64,000 nt of DNA from an uncultured Bacteroidales bacterium (GCA_902780495.1 CACZFM010000011.1:65983-129982); one strand, 5' to 3'. Positions 54,636 to 63,764 are shown, counted from the stretch's first letter. Numbers and translations are program-made. Notes: a model not told the origin generated them from the letters alone.

Positions 54636-55952
54636 ATGAATACCATAGGTGTGGTAACATATAAGAAAGAGAGCTTGTTTGATCCGGTTGGAAGAATTTG
54701 TGTTATGGGAGATAGAATCTTCCGTGCTATTTCTTGTGGATATGAGGAAAAAGTTCTATCTTTTTTATCATCGGATTTGTTCAAAGAGTTGCGAAATAGA
54801 AATTGGATTGTAGACACATGGATAGCAGAGGACGTTAAGATTGATAATTGTAAATTAATCCTTGAACATGAAAAGCTTACATGCATTTGTCCTGATGTCT
54901 GGACATTCAGTCAATGGGTGGATGCCGCAAAGTTTTATATTGAACTTCACGATTATTGCATTAATAATGGCGGTACAGTAAATGATGCTCGTCCTAGCAA
55001 TATCGTGTTCCAGAATGGAAAGCCTATATTTATTGATTTTGGCAGTTTAATTAAGTTGGATGAAGATATAAGATTAAATTGGAGTAGAGATTTCTATATA
55101 TCATTTCTTCAGACGATTTCTTATTTGTCTGCTAGAGAGTATTTCTATGCATTTGCGTGGGCAAATAATGCTTATTGTTATTACATTGACAACCAGATAC
55201 TTCCGTCGAAGCGTATAGAGGATTCATTGGACTTCTATAGAACCTATCGGCATGTGATTAAATCTTATGATGTCTGTCGGCGTCAAAAACAAGCTCACAT
55301 CAGAGTGAGATTATACTCTACGGTAGCGTTTATAAAATTTTGTAATAAAATTGCCCGATGGTTATTTAACAAGAAAATAGATTGGAATTTATTCAAAATT
55401 ACAGCATTATATAAAGCCCCATCCTTATCGTGCATTGAGAGAATAGGATTGCCTTATTCTCTATCTGATATTCGGTCAATACATGAAATACATAACTTAT
55501 CTATAGTCCGTGAATTAACTACAATAAAGTCGCGTTTCCATATTAAGCGAATGCTGATGTATGGGAATGTCGGGCTATCTGAAATGAAGAGTGTTGCAGA
55601 ATCGACTAATATGGAAATTATAGTTGTCAGCCCAGACTTGGTTTACACTGATACTTTGTACCGCAACATAAAAAAGTGTGGTTTAAATATTCATGTGACA
55701 TGTGCAAACTTGCGTTTGGAATTGCGACAAAATGTACTAAACGATATAGCATCGGATATAGTATATATTCCGGAGAATAATCCATCATTCTTTCGTATGT
55801 CTCCTGTAGAATTATGTGCAGCGGTGCAAAAAGTTTCATCACGAGTAATGTTACCCACAAATTTGTATAGTCAAATAGCTTTACAAAATATGGGATTTAG
55901 CACTCAGGGGCAGTGTGATAATTATTTAATTTTAGAAAAATGTCAAGCATAA
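54636..55952 (+). CDS. hypothetical protein: N-terminal protein-kinase-like fold plus C-terminal Rossmann-like region
   Basis: NDARPSNIVF (DxxxxN catalytic loop) followed 11 aa later by IFIDFGS (DFG-like). The C-terminal 140 aa has a MYGNVG glycine-rich turn. AT-rich gene. Confidence 0.55.
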   Translation: MNTIGVVTYKKESLFDPVGRICVMGDRIFRAISCGYEEKVLSFLSSDLFKELRNRNWIVDTWIAEDVKIDNCKLILEHEKLTCICPDVWTFSQWVDAAKFYIELHDYCINNGGTVNDARPSNIVFQNGKPIFIDFGSLIKLDEDIRLNWSRDFYISFLQTISYLSAREYFYAFAWANNAYCYYIDNQILPSKRIEDSLDFYRTYRHVIKSYDVCRRQKQAHIRVRLYSTVAFIKFCNKIARWLFNKKIDWNLFKITALYKAPSLSCIERIGLPYSLSDIRSIHEIHNLSIVRELTTIKSRFHIKRMLMYGNVGLSEMKSVAESTNMEIIVVSPDLVYTDTLYRNIKKCGLNIHVTCANLRLELRQNVLNDIASDIVYIPENNPSFFRMSPVELCAAVQKVSSRVMLPTNLYSQIALQNMGFSTQGQCDNYLILEKCQA

Positions 55953-56923
55953 TGAAAAATATGAAACAATTGATATTAACTATTTTACGAAGAGGTTGGC
56001 ATCTTGTTTCCCGGCCAACACGTATCATCGCCAAAATCATCGTAAAATATAATCCCGATAAATGCCCTGATAAGTGGTATTTAAAGTTACAATGGGAAAA
56101 CTCGCATGATTATAAGCTTAATCTGAAGAACCCCAAAACCTTAAGCGAAAAAATAGTCTGGTTAAAATTATATGATAGAAAACCGCTATATACTGAATTA
56201 GTTGACAAATACAAAGCAAAATTCTGGCTATCTTCAAATTTTGGAAATGAGCATATCATACCAACTATTAAGCAATATAAAAGAGTTGATGATATTAATT
56301 GGGAAGAATTGCCCAATGAATTTGTGATAAAATGCAATCATGATAGTGGAAGTGTCTATATTTGTCGGGATAAAACAAAAGGTGTCTTGTATGATAAGCA
56401 CATGAAGTCCTTATCTATTCATGAGGTCGAGATCCAATTGCGAGAAGCTCTGACTAAAAACTATTATCTCCCCTGCCGTGAATGGCCTTATAAAAATGTA
56501 GTACCATGCATTATCGTTGAGAAACTTATGCTACAAAAGAGCGGGGAATTACCAAATGACTATAAATTGTTTTTTATCAATGGTGAATTCCAATTCGTTT
56601 ATTTGTCCTATGCAAGAGAAAGTATAGATGATCGTTGTACGTACGATGGAAATTGGAATCGTCTTCCGTTTGTGTATGTTGAAAAACAAACATATAGAGA
56701 TGGCATAAACACCGCTGTTGCTGAATGCCCTCAATCATTCCAAGAGATGATAAAGTTCGGAAAAGAAATTGCTAAAAACTTCAAATTTGTCCGTATAGAT
56801 TTTTATGATATAGACGGCAAAATGTATTTTGGTGAGATTACTCCATTTCATAGCGCAGGATGCGCTGAATTCTTTCCTGAGAAATACGATTTAATCTTTG
56901 GAGAAAAATTAAAACTTTCTTAA
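55940..56923 (+). CDS. ATP-grasp amidoligase, TupA-like family
   Basis: FVIKCNHDSGSVYIC, NDYKLFFINGEF and FVRIDFYDIDGKMYFGEITPFHSAG. Alternative start at 55952 (TAATG overlap). Confidence 0.75.
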   Translation: MSSIMKNMKQLILTILRRGWHLVSRPTRIIAKIIVKYNPDKCPDKWYLKLQWENSHDYKLNLKNPKTLSEKIVWLKLYDRKPLYTELVDKYKAKFWLSSNFGNEHIIPTIKQYKRVDDINWEELPNEFVIKCNHDSGSVYICRDKTKGVLYDKHMKSLSIHEVEIQLREALTKNYYLPCREWPYKNVVPCIIVEKLMLQKSGELPNDYKLFFINGEFQFVYLSYARESIDDRCTYDGNWNRLPFVYVEKQTYRDGINTAVAECPQSFQEMIKFGKEIAKNFKFVRIDFYDIDGKMYFGEITPFHSAGCAEFFPEKYDLIFGEKLKLS

Positions 56924-56924
56924 T

Positions 56925-58028
56925 ATGAAGTTCCCAAATAAATATCTACGTAACTTGAGGCCGTATAAGTTGGCTTCTCACAAAGTGTGGGCTGTTGCTC
57001 CGGAAAAACGTAAGGAAATCTTAAAATTGGATTGGAATGAGGCAACCATCCCACCAACACCTTTAGTGATGGAGCGGATAGAAGCACTGCTGAAAGAGCC
57101 ATCATTCTTCAATCTCTATCCGACAACATATAACGACGAGTTACTATCGCTGTTGGCGCAGTACGTGGAGTTACCCAAAGAGAACATTCAGTACTTCGGC
57201 AGTTCAGATGTGCTCCATGAGTATATCTGCAAGGCTTTCATTAGCGTGGGAGATCCTGTGATGATATTAGGTCCGAGTTATGATAATTTCCGCTTAACAT
57301 GCCAAGCCAATGGAGCCGATGTGTATTTCTCGTATTACAATGACGATTTTACGTTTGATACAGAGCGGTTCGAGAATGATATTATCACACGCGAACCGGC
57401 TGTAGTTTATATCTGCAATCCGAACAATCCCACCGGCAATGTGCATTCAAAAGAGTATATTGAGCACTTATTGCAGGAATATCCGGATACATTGTTCTTA
57501 ATAGATGAAGCCTATTACGAGTTTTCGGGTATCACGGTCAAAAATCTGGTTTTGAAATATGACAATATCCTCATCTCTCGTACGATGTCTAAGGCATTTG
57601 CATTGGCAAATTTCCGTTTGGGCTATTTGATTGCCGGAAAAGATAATGTGCAATTTATCAACAAGATACGTAATCCGAAGAACTTGAGCACGTTTGCACA
57701 AGTTGCTGGATGTGCAGCATTGAGTGATACGCAATATATGTGGAATTATGTGGAAGAAGTGCATCGCGGCAAGGATTATTTTGCGGAAGCTATGCAGAAG
57801 TATGCAGATAGATTGAAGGTGCATCCAAGTCATGGTAATTTTACGCTGATTGAATTCAAGACGTATGAAGATAAGATTGAGCTATTGAACCACTTAGCAG
57901 ATAATAATATTTTTGTGCGTGATACTACACAAGCGTCAATGGTACGCAACTGCTTCCGCATAACAATAGGAACAGTTGAGCAGATGAAAAGAATAATTGA
58001 TGCAATAGAGATATTCTATGCAAAATAA
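56925..58028 (+). CDS. PLP-dependent class I/II aminotransferase-fold enzyme (HisC/CobD-like aminotransferase or phospho-amino-acid decarboxylase)
   Basis: NPNNPTGN, and SRTMSKAFALANFRLGY with the Schiff-base Lys. Confidence 0.8.
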   Translation: MKFPNKYLRNLRPYKLASHKVWAVAPEKRKEILKLDWNEATIPPTPLVMERIEALLKEPSFFNLYPTTYNDELLSLLAQYVELPKENIQYFGSSDVLHEYICKAFISVGDPVMILGPSYDNFRLTCQANGADVYFSYYNDDFTFDTERFENDIITREPAVVYICNPNNPTGNVHSKEYIEHLLQEYPDTLFLIDEAYYEFSGITVKNLVLKYDNILISRTMSKAFALANFRLGYLIAGKDNVQFINKIRNPKNLSTFAQVAGCAALSDTQYMWNYVEEVHRGKDYFAEAMQKYADRLKVHPSHGNFTLIEFKTYEDKIELLNHLADNNIFVRDTTQASMVRNCFRITIGTVEQMKRIIDAIEIFYAK

Positions 58029-58689
58029 AAAAGAAAAGATAGCATTATTCGATTTTTGCGACACTTTGGTTAGTTTTCAAACTGCCAATGAGTATGTCCG
58101 ATTCTATATCAAACATCACGCGTCGTTTGCTGTTAAATTAAGACATATTTGTTATTTACTTATGTCGATAACAGGGCTTGTTTCAAGGATGGAAAATAGA
58201 GCACCTGACAAAAACATCAGAAAAAGAATGCTGCTGTGGCAATTAAAAGGTTGTCCTATAAAAAGGATGGAACAAGCGGCTATGGAATATTATCAGCAGC
58301 GCATAAAACCTTGTTTAATAATAGAAACGATTCATGAATTAACCCGATTGCAGAAAGAAGGATGGCGCATTTTGATTGTGAGTGGTGGATATGATTTGTA
58401 TATCAATCATTTTGCTCTCGAGTTCGGAATTTCCGGAAATGATGTTATTTCAAATCATCTTGTGTTTATCAATGGGATTTTCTCAGGGAGATATGATGTA
58501 GATTGCATGGGCAGCAAAAAAGTAGAAATATTAAATGACAAATTTAATCGCAAGAACTATGATGTAATTGCGTATAGTGATTCGGAAAGTGATTTGCCTA
58601 TGCTACTATGGGCAGACACGGCTATCGTTATATCTAAATCATGGGCGAAAAATTACAATTTTCAAGAAATAAGGATACCAACTTTATAG
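58018..58689 (+). CDS. HAD-IB-like hydrolase with an atypical motif I
   Basis: Motif I reads ALFDFCDTLV, with Cys where the Asp+2 general acid normally sits. SGGYD and YSDSESDLPML are the later motifs. Confidence 0.7.
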   Translation: MQNKKEKIALFDFCDTLVSFQTANEYVRFYIKHHASFAVKLRHICYLLMSITGLVSRMENRAPDKNIRKRMLLWQLKGCPIKRMEQAAMEYYQQRIKPCLIIETIHELTRLQKEGWRILIVSGGYDLYINHFALEFGISGNDVISNHLVFINGIFSGRYDVDCMGSKKVEILNDKFNRKNYDVIAYSDSESDLPMLLWADTAIVISKSWAKNYNFQEIRIPTL

Positions 58690-59610
58690 ATGAAGAAGTT
58701 CGCAATATATACAGCACTTATTGGAGGATACGACAGTATTCAACAACCGAAAGTCATTGACGATCAATTCGACTATTACTTGTTTACGGACGATATACAA
58801 GAAAAGGAAATCGGCATTTGGAAAGTACGTAGGGTGGAATACACGAATACAGATAAAACACGTATTGCTCGATACGTAAAAACGCATCCGCACCGTTTGC
58901 TTCCGGAATATGATGCTACACTTTGGATGGATGCCAATGTCCAAATTATATCTTCAAAAATATACGACCGTTTTATTTATTTGTCATCAAGTAATATTGA
59001 TGTGGCAAGTATATATCACCCTTTTCGTGATTGTATATATGATGAAGCCTTTGAGGTTTCGTATAGCAAAAGATATGGAAGATTGGAGCATGATGTTATA
59101 GCTATCAATTGGTGTCATTATCTTTTCCAAGAGTGTTATCCTTCTCATAATGGCTTATTTGAAACAAACATCTTGTTTAGAAAAAATACTGAGTCCGTAA
59201 ATGTGGCTAATGATTTATGGTGGGAATGTATCAATGACTTTTCGAAAAGAGATCAACTGTCATGTAATTATGTATTATGGAAGTATCAATTGAAACTAGA
59301 TTATTTCCTCCCTCAAGGAGAACATGCACAGCATTCATATGAAGTACGCTACATACCTCATGAACAAGTGTCTCGTCGGAAATTAGTAAATGCAGATGTC
59401 CTTGAACAATGGAGGTATAAGACAGTTAATTTATCTAATTGGACTTTGAAAATGTGGCAACGCGTTTGGAGAAAAGCATCTGAATCAAACAAGCCATTTG
59501 CCATACTCAACGTATATGGACTTGCTATGGGATTATTATGTTCTCCTCATTTACTTTTTAATGTAATTAAGCATCGAATAACGAAAATAATCAATAACTA
59601 TGAGCGATAA
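58690..59610 (+). CDS. DUF616-type glycosyltransferase
   Basis: FAIYTALIGGYD N-terminus, with YYLFTDD. Confidence 0.7.
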   Translation: MKKFAIYTALIGGYDSIQQPKVIDDQFDYYLFTDDIQEKEIGIWKVRRVEYTNTDKTRIARYVKTHPHRLLPEYDATLWMDANVQIISSKIYDRFIYLSSSNIDVASIYHPFRDCIYDEAFEVSYSKRYGRLEHDVIAINWCHYLFQECYPSHNGLFETNILFRKNTESVNVANDLWWECINDFSKRDQLSCNYVLWKYQLKLDYFLPQGEHAQHSYEVRYIPHEQVSRRKLVNADVLEQWRYKTVNLSNWTLKMWQRVWRKASESNKPFAILNVYGLAMGLLCSPHLLFNVIKHRITKIINNYER

Positions 59611-60697
59611 ACAACCTAAAGCAAGAGTGTTGGCATATTATCTGCCACAATTTCATCCGATACCAGAGAATGATGAATGGTGGGGAAAAGGATTTACGGA
59701 GTGGACGAATGTCGGAAAAGCGAAATCGCTTTTCCCAGGACATTATCAGCCACATGTTCCAGCTGATTTGGGCTATTATGATCTGCGTGTGCCGGAAACA
59801 CGTGAAGCACAAGCTCAATTGGCTCGTGAAGCAGGAGTGGAAGGATTTGTGTATTGGCATTATTGGTTCGGCAATGGAAAACGGCTATTAGAGCGTCCAT
59901 TCAATGAGGTCCTGACTTCCGGAAAACCGGATTTCCCGTTTGCACTCGCATGGGCAAATGAAACATGGAGCGGTAGTTTTCACGGACTGAAAGAAGGCAA
60001 CGTTTTAATAGAACAAACCTACCCGAGAGATGAGGATTTTATTACACACTTTAATACCGTGTTACCGGCATTCAAAGATAAACGGTATATCACTTGTGAT
60101 GAAAAACCGATGTTCTTTATATACAAACCGGAATGGATTGACGATATAATGAGACACTTCATAGAGTTATGGCAACAACTGGCTAAAGAAAATGGCTTGA
60201 AAGGAATCTATTTCGTTGCTATGTTAGATTCTATGTATGAAGAAGAATTGTCAAAGAAGAGATACAACCAAATGATGAAACTTGGGTTTGATGCAGTTAA
60301 TTCAATGAACTTATATCACGGTGACCTTGGATTAAAATGGCGTCTGTGGAATAAGTTTTTTAACAAAAAACTCAAATTATTCCCCCGCATGATGCCTTAT
60401 GATATGAATAGGATGGCAGGGGCATTGGATGCTGTTGAAAACGTATTCCCGATGATAACTTCTAATTGGGATCATACTCCTCGTTCCGGCAAAAGAGGAC
60501 TTGTGCTAAGTGGCTGTACACCGGGTGCTTTTAAGAAAAACTTGCATACCTTTATTGAGCGAATCTCCAACAAACCTCTAGAGCATCGTATCTTATTACT
60601 TAAGTCGTGGAATGAATGGGCGGAAGGTAACTATGTGGAGCCGGATTTGAAATATGGGCATCAGTATTTAGATGCTCTGAAAGAAGAAATCTATTGA
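59600..60697 (+). CDS. WbsX-like (GH99-like fold) glycosyltransferase family protein
   Basis: AYYLPQFHPIPENDEWWGKGFTEWTNV. Confidence 0.75.
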   Translation: MSDKQPKARVLAYYLPQFHPIPENDEWWGKGFTEWTNVGKAKSLFPGHYQPHVPADLGYYDLRVPETREAQAQLAREAGVEGFVYWHYWFGNGKRLLERPFNEVLTSGKPDFPFALAWANETWSGSFHGLKEGNVLIEQTYPRDEDFITHFNTVLPAFKDKRYITCDEKPMFFIYKPEWIDDIMRHFIELWQQLAKENGLKGIYFVAMLDSMYEEELSKKRYNQMMKLGFDAVNSMNLYHGDLGLKWRLWNKFFNKKLKLFPRMMPYDMNRMAGALDAVENVFPMITSNWDHTPRSGKRGLVLSGCTPGAFKKNLHTFIERISNKPLEHRILLLKSWNEWAEGNYVEPDLKYGHQYLDALKEEIY

Positions 60698-60708
60698 GAA
60701 GATTAAAT

Positions 60709-61677
60709 ATGCCGATACTCTCCATTATAATTCCTGTATATAACGTCGAAAAGTATCTTCGTCGCTGTTTGGATAGCGTCTTGTCACAATCTTTCCGCGA
60801 CTACGAGCTTCTACTTGTTGATGACGGAAGTAGCGATCAGTCCGGTGCTATATGCGATGAATATGCGGTTCGTGATGAGCGGATACGTGTATTTCACAAA
60901 TCCAATGGGGGTGTCTCATCTGCTCGCAATGTGGGATTAGAGCACTCTAAAGGAGAATGGATTTATTTCGTGGATGCAGATGATGAAGTGTTAGCGGATG
61001 GCATCTCTTCCATGTTAGGGGCAGCAAGTGGATACGAGGCAGTGTTAGCAAGTTTTGAAAGTTGCAATAGGGACGGAGAAAGATTATATCAAACCACGAT
61101 AGGAACTAATAAGATTATGTCCCGAGAGGATAGTATTCGAACTTTATATGGAGAATCGAAAACGCTCGTAGGTATGTGGGGATGGTTATGGGTACGTTTA
61201 TTCAGGAATGAGATAATCAAAAAGAATAACTTGAGGTTTGATACAAATGTTAGCTATAATGAAGATGGTTTGTTTATTGCAGAGTATATATGTCATATAA
61301 GCACCCCTGTTCGTTATGTGGATTCTTTAGTATATCGATACTATGAAACCGATACAAGCGTCATGGAGTCCACAAAACGCTATTTTAATCCAAAGGTATT
61401 AACGAGTTTCGCTTCGTTAGTTCTGATGTATCAGTGCATTGCAAAGGATGCGGAATTGGATACAGAACTACTACGCATTGCTAAAGATGGTATCATCAAC
61501 CGCTATTTGATGATACGCGGACAGATGGAACAACATAATGCGGTTGATAAAGTTGTCCTCAAAGATTTCCGTCATCAATGCGTCCAAGAATGTGGGATTC
61601 TGTTTGTGGTTGGATATATGATACGGCGGGCAAAACGAAGAATAACGAATTTAATAAAACGAAAACTGAAAATATAA
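60709..61677 (+). CDS. family-2 glycosyltransferase
   Basis: LSIIIPVYNVEKYLRRCLDSVLSQS, LLVDDGSSDQS and FVDADD. ATG at 60709 is preferred over the TTG at 60694. Confidence 0.85.
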   Translation: MPILSIIIPVYNVEKYLRRCLDSVLSQSFRDYELLLVDDGSSDQSGAICDEYAVRDERIRVFHKSNGGVSSARNVGLEHSKGEWIYFVDADDEVLADGISSMLGAASGYEAVLASFESCNRDGERLYQTTIGTNKIMSREDSIRTLYGESKTLVGMWGWLWVRLFRNEIIKKNNLRFDTNVSYNEDGLFIAEYICHISTPVRYVDSLVYRYYETDTSVMESTKRYFNPKVLTSFASLVLMYQCIAKDAELDTELLRIAKDGIINRYLMIRGQMEQHNAVDKVVLKDFRHQCVQECGILFVVGYMIRRAKRRITNLIKRKLKI

Positions 61678-61681
61678 GAAT

Positions 61682-63346
61682 ATGATACGTACGGCAGTCA
61701 TAATGGCAGCAGGAATGGGAACGAGATTCGGTAAATACACAGAACTCATTCCGAAAGGTTTTGTGAAAGTGAATGGCATTCCAATGGTAATTCAATCCAT
61801 TGAAACCCTTATCTCATGTGGTATAGAACGCATTATTATCGGAACTGGCTATCACAAAGAGGCCTATGAAGCTTTATGCGAAGATTATCCGGAAGTAATC
61901 TGTTGTCATAGCCCTCGATATGCAGAAACGAATTGTCTATATACGTTATGGAACTGCCGGAATCTAATCGGTGATGAGGATTTCTTAATGTTGGATTCGG
62001 ACTTGATTTATGAACCCAAGGCTATCACAGAGCTTATTGAATGTAAATATCCCTCTGCGATTTTGACAACTTCGGTTAAAAAGTTCCAAGACTCATATTT
62101 TGTGGAGGAAGATAAAAGACATCGGTTTGTCAAATGGTCGAAAAACTATGGTGAGCTGAATGCCTGTGGAGAACTTATTGGTATTCACAAATTGAGCAAC
62201 AAGTTCTTCCGTGAAGTTTGCTGCGAGTTCGAAAGTGACTTGCTAAAAAATGAGCGCAGTAGTTATGAACCTTTCTTCCAAAAAGTATCGAATACGAAAT
62301 GCCCCATCTATATCCTCAAAATAGATGATTTGGAGTGGTATGAGATTGATGATGAGGCAGATTTGAAAGTGGCAGAACAGAGCGTACGTATAGAGCACAA
62401 ACGCCATACGTATCATACCGGAGTCAAAAACATGCTCAAAACGCCATATGTATGCTATCGTAATACGCGCTACTATGGCCATACGGAGAGAATAAATAAG
62501 GAAAATGCTGCATACTTATTAAATACGCTCAAAAAAGTATTTGAAGAAAACGGCATTGAACTTATTCTTGCTTATGGTACTTTACTTGGCGCAATCAGAG
62601 AACATGATTTCATAGGTCATGACAATGATATGGATACTATGATTTGGGGTAAACACATGCAAAAATGCTTGGACCTGGCTCCTGAATTAGAGAAATATGG
62701 TATCAAATTGGAATGCTATGTATTACCATGGATTTTCACGTATAGTTATAAAGGTGTAACTTGTGACATAGATCTCATCAATGAACCAATTTACCCCTTA
62801 AATAAACGTTATTGTCTCTTAGAATCGCAATATATTCAGCGTTCGTTTTTTGAACACACGGAGAAATATGAGTTCCAAGGTGAAATGCATAATGTTCCTG
62901 CACATCCGGAAGTCCTTTTGGAATACCACTACGGTAAGAACTGGCGTATTCCGGGAGGACCACACGCAAGATTGCAGTCCAAGTTATTCTTCTGGTATTA
63001 TATTGATAGACAGATTCAACGAGTAAAACGTTTCTTGAAACGTAAACTAGATAAAGAACATATCCAGTTCAAAGAAGTTAATGTGGCGCGCGTATTGGCT
63101 CACATGAAGAATATAGATGAGTTTACACTGAATGACATGCTTGCAAAATACAAAGCAGAGATGCCGGATGAATATAATAGATGGATTGTACAATTCCTGC
63201 ACACCGGCAATGCAGAGGAAATCATTGCAAAACAGATGTTCCAATATATGTATGAGCGTCACGGAAACTTTGGCGCGATTCTGACAAAATTTGACGGAAA
63301 CATGGAGCATTATAAAGATTTTCCATGGCATTGGGTAAAAGGTTAA
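61682..63346 (+). CDS. bifunctional LicC-like nucleotidyltransferase / LicD-family phosphotransferase fusion
   Basis: N-terminal AVIMAAGMGTRFG NTP-transferase signature. C-terminal half has AYGTLLGAIREHDFIGHDNDMD, the LicD signature. Confidence 0.8.
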   Translation: MIRTAVIMAAGMGTRFGKYTELIPKGFVKVNGIPMVIQSIETLISCGIERIIIGTGYHKEAYEALCEDYPEVICCHSPRYAETNCLYTLWNCRNLIGDEDFLMLDSDLIYEPKAITELIECKYPSAILTTSVKKFQDSYFVEEDKRHRFVKWSKNYGELNACGELIGIHKLSNKFFREVCCEFESDLLKNERSSYEPFFQKVSNTKCPIYILKIDDLEWYEIDDEADLKVAEQSVRIEHKRHTYHTGVKNMLKTPYVCYRNTRYYGHTERINKENAAYLLNTLKKVFEENGIELILAYGTLLGAIREHDFIGHDNDMDTMIWGKHMQKCLDLAPELEKYGIKLECYVLPWIFTYSYKGVTCDIDLINEPIYPLNKRYCLLESQYIQRSFFEHTEKYEFQGEMHNVPAHPEVLLEYHYGKNWRIPGGPHARLQSKLFFWYYIDRQIQRVKRFLKRKLDKEHIQFKEVNVARVLAHMKNIDEFTLNDMLAKYKAEMPDEYNRWIVQFLHTGNAEEIIAKQMFQYMYERHGNFGAILTKFDGNMEHYKDFPWHWVKG

Positions 63347-63369
63347 TAATCTAATAAACAAACGATAAC

Positions 63370-63582
63370 ATGTTGAAATACACTAAAAGACTAATCTCCG
63401 ACATTCGTTTCTGGTGTCAGGAATGCAAGTTTCGCCACAAAGAATACGCCGAATTAGAGCGCATTGAAAGTGAAGCAGAGTATCATCATCCGATGGCTGG
63501 TTTCGGTTACTACCAGACCATGAAACGCAATCGTGCCGAACGCAAACGCCTTCACGCTGAGCAACGTGCTGCCATCAAGTAA
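63370..63582 (+). CDS. small hypothetical protein (70 aa, basic C-terminus)
   Basis: ORF only. No motif recognised. Confidence 0.35.
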   Translation: MLKYTKRLISDIRFWCQECKFRHKEYAELERIESEAEYHHPMAGFGYYQTMKRNRAERKRLHAEQRAAIK

Positions 63583-63731
63583 TCTCTGCGTCGGGATAAT
63601 TGTGCCTTTGGGGCTAAGAATTGATTTTTTGCAGCATTATTATAGAAACGCGCCTTCCTCAAACTTGGCGCGATTTCGGTCTGTTATCGGTTCTACCAAC
63701 CTCTGCTTAAGGTCGGCGTAACCTCTGCTGG

Positions 63732-63764
63732 AAAGTATTGCGAAAGTATTGTGAGGGTATTGCG
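63732..63764. repeat. tandem repeat, three 11-bp units
   Basis: aaagtattgcg aaagtattgtg agggtattgcg. Confidence 0.75.
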
